A DNA stretch of 64,000 nucleotides from the IMG/VR virus record IMGVR_UViG_3300046171_000267, positions 3,698 to 67,697 of that record, one strand, 5' to 3'. The first letter of the stretch is position 1. Every line of letters begins with the position of its first letter. Source of the DNA: a virus. The translations under genes and the position numbers were made by a program. Positions 58,028 to 64,000 of this stretch are shown piece by piece. The notes beneath the pieces are model-generated. The model saw nothing but the letters and a program-made list of their open reading frames with translations. It had not been told where the DNA came from and searched no databases.

Positions 58028-58044
58028 GTAACCTAATAAACTAG
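58028..58044 (+). promoter_or_regulatory. Recurrent phage motif copy upstream of capsid gene (GTAACCTAATAAACTAG)
   Basis: Ends 21 nt before the capsid ATG. Confidence 0.7.
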
Positions 58045-58065
58045 GAAACCTTAATTCAAATAATC

Positions 58066-59961
58066 ATGGCAAACGAAATATCAAATTCAGGACAATTTAA
58101 TACAACTGGGTATCAGAACACCGCAATGGCTCAGCCAACTGCATCTTCTGCCAGTTCATTAGTAACGGGATCAGGCGGTAGCGGATACGAAGCATTACCT
58201 CGCTTGGTAAAAGTAGACAGTTCAAATGGCTGTACTCTTACAAAAGCTCACATCAAGGGAATGACCCCTGCTGAGTTTGAAGCGCTTGGAAATAAAGAAA
58301 CTGATTTAGCAAGAGTTATTGCATCTGCTGCAGAAGCAAAAGCTTTAGGGGTTGAAGAGCGTGGACTTACCACACTCCTTACAAGCTCGGTGCAAAACAT
58401 TAAGCCATTGATTAATAAGCAAAACATTGCCGAACAATCAATTATCCTGCCTTACATTCAGCGTAGACAGCGTTCTGTTATCAACGCTAATTACTTTGCG
58501 ATTGAAGCAGGGGTTGCAGCAGATTCGACTAATCTGAATACTTATCCATATGATCCTTCCTATTTGCCACCTGTAAATTCTGCTACATCGGGCGATTGGA
58601 TGATTACAATTAACCTTGGTGGTTCTGATTGGGCATCCCCAGTCGAGAATATCGAGCGTTACTTCCTCCCGGTGGTTATGTAATTATCAATCACTGGAAT
58701 GCTACTGGAACAGCTACTCGTGAAGTACAGTACATTATTTGTGGAGCAGGAAATGCCGACGCAGGTTCAGTATCTAAGGCTAAAGTTGTTCTTCGTCCTG
58801 TAGGATCAATCGTTCCTGCTGACGGAAACTTCAACAGCTTACCAAGTGCTGAAAAAGAAAAGTATCAAGTAACAACTGGTATTCTTCAAACCATTGCCAA
58901 TAACATCAATGACTATGAGCACTGGTGCAGAAATCAGCCAACTGACCTTAGCGTTCGTTTGCTTGTTAACTGGTTGCAAACAACTCGTGAGTCTCGTGAG
59001 GTTAATGATAACTACAAGAAAACTCTTGAGTCGATCATGTCTGGTAAAGTTAATCCTTACCTCTCCTCAATGGTTTATCAGCCACTTGCAGAGCAGAATA
59101 AGCTCGCAGCAAAAGTGTCTCAAGACCAATGGAATCGTGCGGTATGGTACAACCAGCCTCTTAGCGCTGCTCAGAAGCCTGAGACTTATATGCAACTTCC
59201 TGCAGTTACTGACCCAGAGGACACCAACTGCACATTGGAGTACAAATGTAACGCTCTTGGTATTAAAGGCTCTTCTTCGTGAGGGTAATCGTGTTAAGGA
59301 TAATTCTGGAGGAGCATTGAATCTTGATGACTTGTTCTCCGACTTGTATTTCCTTAAGAGAAACCGTGAGCAAGATGGCGACACAATTTCTGTTATTGAT
59401 GTCATGACTGACCGTTTAACTTCCGTAAAGATTTTTGAAGCTTTCAATAGCTACTACAAACTTCGCTACGGTTGGGAAACTCAGCGTAACGCTAACATTA
59501 ACCAAACCATCGAGCACAACGGAATCGTTCTCTTCAACTACAATGTCTATGACATTCCTGATGTAGGCGTTCAGTTGGCAGTATTCCATGACCCAATGTT
59601 TGACGATTTGTTGAATGTTGGTAGCGGAAATAAATACCTTCTTGATGGAAGTCGTTCTGGAGATGCAGTGTTCGATGGCAATGATGCCACTTACTATGCT
59701 AACTCACAGCGTATGCTCTGGCTCGTTGACTGGTCTGATGTGAAGATCGGTGTTGCTGGAACAAACAGCGTGACAAGAACGCAACCACATCCAGAGGTTG
59801 ACAGACTTTACTCATGCAGAATGGATTCTGTAAAGAGAACTTTCAATCTTCGTTCCACCAAGTGGACAACGATGATGGATCGTCCTCACAGGCATCTAAT
59901 TATTGAGAATATCAGTGATGCAGTTGAGTTCACCTTAGGGGGAACTAAGCACACATTCTGA
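58066..59961 (+). CDS. Major capsid protein (~631 aa), interrupted by -1 (~58670) and +1 (~59266) frameshifts
   Basis: Three overlapping ORFs join into one protein (...YFLP|GGYV... and ...LGIK|ALLRE...); position after scaffold and before a strong terminator; C-terminal HK97-like LWLVDWSDVKI. Confidence 0.7.
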
Positions 59962-59997
59962 TTTAAGTAACAAGCCTTCCACATCCACTCATATGCT

Positions 59998-60037
59998 AAC
60001 GGGAGGCACTGCGTATGCGGAGCCTCCCGTTTCTTTT
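59998..60037 (+). terminator. Rho-independent terminator after capsid gene
   Basis: AACGGGAGGC...GCCTCCCGTT followed by TCTTTT. Confidence 0.8.
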
Positions 60038-60041
60038 AATC

Positions 60042-60428
60042 ATGAAATTATTATTTGATAACATAAATGTTCCCTACAATGGTTTTGACTCTTATCAGCC
60101 TGTTTTAGTTGGCTCATCTTGGGTTGGTATTGCAAGTGTAGAGGATAAATTTGCTAAAACTCTTCTTAAGGAAAATGGAGTAACAGAACTAAGCGAAGAG
60201 GATTTTGACTGGTACAAAAAAAAAGTACTGGAGGAGGCGGTGACATTTCGCAAGTTCAGTACTCTAAAACAACAAGCGGATCGAAGTCCTCTTGCGGATT
60301 ATGTGGAGGAGGAAAAAAGCGGTTCTTCAAAGTCTCCTTCGCCTAAAGGTAAGGCCAAGGCAAAGGCAAATCCAAAAGACATGATTAGAACTGAAGCTGT
60401 TGATGCAGAAACAGTGGAGGAAAAATGA
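60042..60428 (+). CDS. Hypothetical protein
   Basis: Likely ATG at 60042. Confidence 0.55.
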   Translation: MKLLFDNINVPYNGFDSYQPVLVGSSWVGIASVEDKFAKTLLKENGVTELSEEDFDWYKKKVLEEAVTFRKFSTLKQQADRSPLADYVEEEKSGSSKSPSPKGKAKAKANPKDMIRTEAVDAETVEEK

Positions 60429-60568
60429 TGGATACAAACGGTTCAATTGGACTACTTGGTATTTTATCAGCTTGGGGTCTTGCAGATTATCACTTAGCAG
60501 CAGCTAGTGTTGCTGCAACTCTAACAGCGATATACATGGCAATTGCCATCGTTAAGAGAGTAAAATGA
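60425..60568 (+). CDS. Small hydrophobic holin-like protein (47 aa); not in the ORF track
   Basis: MMDTNGSIGLLGILSAWGLADYHLAAASVAATLTAIYMAIAIVKRVK; ATGA overlaps on both sides. Confidence 0.55.
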   Translation: MMDTNGSIGLLGILSAWGLADYHLAAASVAATLTAIYMAIAIVKRVK

Positions 60569-61527
60569 AGACAATATTGCAGACTGGATTAACTCAGAAA
60601 AGCATCAGCTCTACTGAGCTAAACCCACTTGTGGCAGTAGCTGATAATCACTTATTGGTAAATACTCGTCCATCTCGATTTGGTGTCTTTCGGCAAACAA
60701 ATTCAGGCGAATTGCCTTCTATAACAGCAAAGCAGTTTCGTATTACAAATGCAGGTGCTACACCTGTAGTGGTAACTCAGAAGACCCCTTTGTTGATAAG
60801 AACATTCGACCACAGCATAGATGTTAATGTTGATTCTAATACCATAAGGTTACAGGCGGTAGATTCTTACACACCGAATGGTCAAAGCTCAGTTTTAAGA
60901 ATCACCCATGCTGGAGATTCTGCGGCTTACGATTCTGTTGAAACTACTGAGTCTTTTTTTGGGGTGCAATCTTACTTCAGGATTAACTCAATAGGATGGA
61001 CAAATGCAGAAGAGCCTGATTTCGCTGTAAAACCTTTTGGTATTTACACGAGCAAGCAAGCAATTGACACTAATCTTCCTGCATTAGCTCTAGGTGTAGG
61101 ATTGGATTCATCAAATGTGCCAGAGTTTCGGTTGTTCAAAGGTAATGTAGCTGACGAAACTTTGCCTGACGCTATATTAGATAGATGGTACAGAGTTAAC
61201 CTTGAGGCTACAGCCAGCAACTCGGAGTTTACCATTAACTTATTTAAGGAAGAGCCTGCCTTTTCTGGAGAATGGACTCAAGTTTACACTAACACAATTA
61301 CATCTACTGGAGTTGGTATGCTCGATGAAATATTTGCACAAAATTCATTTGTTGTGGGTATGGGTTCTGACGGTGTTAGTTCTCAGGATATAGAGAGCTT
61401 ATTTGTATATCGTGATGTAAGTGGGGAGGAAGAATTGCTACCTTCTTCAACCAAAGAATATTACTGCATACATAACCTCGACGAGTACAGAGTTTCAGGT
61501 GCAGTGACTGGCTACTATACCTCATGA
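60565..61527 (+). CDS. Putative virion protein (beta-rich)
   Basis: 320-aa Ser/Thr-rich ORF in the late operon. Confidence 0.5.
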   Translation: MKTILQTGLTQKSISSTELNPLVAVADNHLLVNTRPSRFGVFRQTNSGELPSITAKQFRITNAGATPVVVTQKTPLLIRTFDHSIDVNVDSNTIRLQAVDSYTPNGQSSVLRITHAGDSAAYDSVETTESFFGVQSYFRINSIGWTNAEEPDFAVKPFGIYTSKQAIDTNLPALALGVGLDSSNVPEFRLFKGNVADETLPDAILDRWYRVNLEATASNSEFTINLFKEEPAFSGEWTQVYTNTITSTGVGMLDEIFAQNSFVVGMGSDGVSSQDIESLFVYRDVSGEEELLPSSTKEYYCIHNLDEYRVSGAVTGYYTS

Positions 61528-61955
61528 GATGGATACTGGTGGCTTTATTTATTCTTTTATCGGGTTGCAATAAGGCGACCCTTTATCCCTCCATTGGTGC
61601 GGGATTGGGAGCAGGGGCAGGCAGTGTAGGCGGTGTAGGTGGTAGTATTGCTGGCGGAATGGTGGGCAGTGCTGCTGGTGAGTTGTTTAAGAATGATGAG
61701 ATAAAACGATCCAACTTTGATGAGGAAGAGCTTACCGAGATTGTTAGCCTAATAAAACAGAGCGAGGGTAATCAGAAAACATGGATAGATACATTAGTTT
61801 CTGGAATCTATGACATCATAATTATGATTGCAGTAGGTGGATTGGTATTCTTGGTCGCTCCATTCTTGTATACCAAATTTAAGGTTAAAAAACTAATAGA
61901 CGATATATTTGATAAAGATGAAAACTTGGCAAGCATTCAACGACGCAGTAAATGA
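61524..61955 (+). CDS. Lipoprotein with glycine zipper and C-terminal TM helix (unimolecular spanin candidate)
   Basis: Lipobox LSGC at residues 12-15; GAGLGAGAGSVGGVGGSIAGGMVG; TM IIIMIAVGGLVFLVAPFLY. Confidence 0.55.
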   Translation: MRWILVALFILLSGCNKATLYPSIGAGLGAGAGSVGGVGGSIAGGMVGSAAGELFKNDEIKRSNFDEEELTEIVSLIKQSEGNQKTWIDTLVSGIYDIIIMIAVGGLVFLVAPFLYTKFKVKKLIDDIFDKDENLASIQRRSK

Positions 61956-62664
61956 TCTTTTGCTTGTCGATGGTTCTCGAAAGGGACGAGGCATAGAAAA
62001 GTTTAGGGACAGACAGATAGTTAATGGTGTAAGAGACTTACAGAGGTACATACCTTTATTGCGCGAGCATACAGGTTCTGTTTCATTTACCGAAAGTGAC
62101 CTTGAGGATCATAGTGAAGGTAAGGCTGAGATTGGTGATTTTAATTATAGTAATTCTAGGATTAAAGATATTGTAGTTCGCAGGCTTCCAGATGCAGATC
62201 GAGGTGAGGAAACATCTACTTATTTTCGCCCTAAAGTTTACACAGAGTTGGCGAAGTTTAGTCTAATTGACGGTGGCAACTCTCCGAGAACTGCAGGATA
62301 TCCTGGGAAAATGGTTTTTGAGAATGGAAAGTTTTATAGTGCTCCATTGCTCAGGGATGATGAAACATTAACAATCTATTTTAGTCAGGAGAAAATATTC
62401 AAGCCTTTGTTTGAGTGTACAGGTTCTGAGCGAGAGGAGCAGACTAAGCTTGGGGATGATGAAGCTCTAGCTGTTTACCATTATGTCAAGTATCATTTCC
62501 AAAGAGATGTAAATGATGATGCAAGTTCAGCACAGAATAACTTTCAAATTTACCAGCAATTAAGAAGATCAATTTTTGCAAACATCCGTGAGCAAGTTGG
62601 TTTTAATAATATTGCATCAACAGAAACACTCGGGGAGGAGGGATTCTTACTAGGCGATGGATAG
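61918..62664 (+). CDS. Putative head-tail adaptor protein
   Basis: Helical N- and C-termini around a beta core; position after capsid genes. Confidence 0.45.
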   Translation: MKTWQAFNDAVNDLLLVDGSRKGRGIEKFRDRQIVNGVRDLQRYIPLLREHTGSVSFTESDLEDHSEGKAEIGDFNYSNSRIKDIVVRRLPDADRGEETSTYFRPKVYTELAKFSLIDGGNSPRTAGYPGKMVFENGKFYSAPLLRDDETLTIYFSQEKIFKPLFECTGSEREEQTKLGDDEALAVYHYVKYHFQRDVNDDASSAQNNFQIYQQLRRSIFANIREQVGFNNIASTETLGEEGFLLGDG

Positions 62665-63988
62665 TCGAAATCAATTAAAAACAAGATTCAGCAAGGGTCA
62701 GCGTATAGGTGAAGCCGACTTTCACAGTTTAATCGAAAGTCTTGCACATATTAATGAGGACGTTTCGAGCGGAGAATTAGCTACTGGTGTAAGCGTAACA
62801 AATCTTTCATCACGGATTGATGATTTAAAAGCATTCGCTGAAGACCATAAAAGCGATTACGATACATACAAGGGTCAGCACCCTACGCTGAGCGAAGTTA
62901 AGGACTTAGATGCGCAACTATCTCAGGCATTTGCTAGTGATATCCAATCTGTTAGCGATCAAATAGAAACACTTAAGAATAAAGATACTGCTATCGAATC
63001 TGATGTATCTGATGTAGTTAGTGACTTAGCCTCACAGATCACATCGAACTCTCAGGAGCATGATATTATAAATGCATCCATAGCAGATCGAGCTACTGTG
63101 TCCGCACTCCAGTTAGCAGTAACTGCACTAGAAGCTTTAATAGCAGCAAAAGCAGATGCAAGTCATGTACATTCAGACTACATTACAAGAGCGGAATCTA
63201 GTAATTTCGCAACCCAAGGAGACTTGGCAAATAAGGCTGACGCATCGCATCAGCATCAGGCATCCGAGATAAGCGGTTTAGACGAAATATTTACAACACC
63301 AAATGAAGTTATTGGTTTAATAAATGACAATAAGATCAAGTTAGATGAACGAGCATTGCTTGATGACTTTTATGATAAACCAGATGTAGATGAACTACTA
63401 AGGATTGGAATAGCATTAGCAAAAGACCAAATCCTAGAGATAGTAGATGCAAAGATCGATCAGCTGCAGGAGTCCATTAATAACCTGACTCCACCAAATC
63501 CATATACATTGTATGATGTTGATCCAGTAGAAGCAGAGGCTTTGAGTGGAGTAGAGGCATCTACAGTTTCTATATTTGCAACTTCACCAATTGCGGGTCT
63601 TACATTAACGGGAATATTTGAAGGTGGTGTGTTGCCAGAGGTGAGCATTGCTAATTCTACTAATTATAACAAGGAGCTATTTATTGGTACTACAAGCGAG
63701 GATCAGGTAATTGCTTTTAATGAAGTAGAAAACCAATGGGAGTGGATACAAACTGGATCAGGAGGACAGAAGCTAATAGCAGTATATGAAACTACTGACT
63801 ATTCAGTTGTTCCTGAGTATTGGTTATTGAATCCAGATGGTGACTTCACAGGTTCACCGCAAGATAATTTCAATATACAAGTTGTACAAACATCAGATTC
63901 AGACCTAGTACAAATCTTCAGTGAAGCTAGATTTTTCTCAACAGGTTATGTTTCGCAAGGCATGGGTTATGTTAGAAGGGTTCCCTGA
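62657..63988 (+). CDS. Tail/tail-fibre protein with HxH repeats
   Basis: Coiled-coil; KADASHVH and KADASHQHQASEISGL tail repeats. Confidence 0.6.
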   Translation: MDSRNQLKTRFSKGQRIGEADFHSLIESLAHINEDVSSGELATGVSVTNLSSRIDDLKAFAEDHKSDYDTYKGQHPTLSEVKDLDAQLSQAFASDIQSVSDQIETLKNKDTAIESDVSDVVSDLASQITSNSQEHDIINASIADRATVSALQLAVTALEALIAAKADASHVHSDYITRAESSNFATQGDLANKADASHQHQASEISGLDEIFTTPNEVIGLINDNKIKLDERALLDDFYDKPDVDELLRIGIALAKDQILEIVDAKIDQLQESINNLTPPNPYTLYDVDPVEAEALSGVEASTVSIFATSPIAGLTLTGIFEGGVLPEVSIANSTNYNKELFIGTTSEDQVIAFNEVENQWEWIQTGSGGQKLIAVYETTDYSVVPEYWLLNPDGDFTGSPQDNFNIQVVQTSDSDLVQIFSEARFFSTGYVSQGMGYVRRVP

Positions 63989-64000
63989 TGGCAAAGAAGT

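Larger units (their letters stand above)
1..64000. mobile_element. Temperate tailed bacteriophage genome (partial, non-integrated/attP form)
   Basis: Terminase-portal-scaffold-capsid module, tail fibres, DnaB/SSB/RusA replication module, integrase plus attP; no host housekeeping genes. Confidence 0.93.

Noticed and set aside
58894-59265. N-terminal part of the 355-aa ORF as a real protein start
   Set aside because: This frame reads as non-coding-like until ~59266; the overlapping -1 frame carries the plausible capsid sequence

Overview
The whole window reads as most of the genome of a temperate dsDNA tailed phage, probably podovirus-like. It appears to be in its non-integrated form, because an intact attP (3' half of tRNA-Val(GAC) flanked by arm-type repeats) lies next to an integrase and no host genes are present. 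Layout: 1-22.6 kb (+) holds the tail fibre, large acidic virion/ejection proteins, a 3465-aa polyvalent-like protein and a cluster of small basic proteins. 22.6-37.2 kb (-) is an early/host-takeover block: second tyrosine recombinase, SNF2 helicase, stand-alone DnaA domain IV, DUF932, GP88, an OB-less ligase-like nucleotidyltransferase, a ~590-bp helix-dense non-coding element and a CAG/CTG-depleted terminal segment ending at a poly-G run. 37.7-41.9 kb (+) holds a large acidic protein and an HNH gene. 42-48.8 kb (-) is recombination/replication (SSAP, Cas4-like exonuclease, RusA, initiator, DnaB, SSB, dNMP kinase). Next come a divergent HTH/RHH switch, the integrase and attP. 51-64 kb (+) holds terminase, portal, scaffold, major capsid (split by two compensating frameshifts), holin and u-spanin candidates, adaptor and tail genes. 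The most unusual observations are the putative large pseudoknotted RNA at 35.1-35.7 kb, an 11-copy genome-wide 17-bp motif (GTAACCTA-N5/6-TAG), the CAG/CTG-depleted segment and nucleotide-identical repeats separating tail-fibre modules. All product calls come from motif recognition by eye with no database searches. A marine Verrucomicrobia/Opitutae-type host is only a tentative inference.
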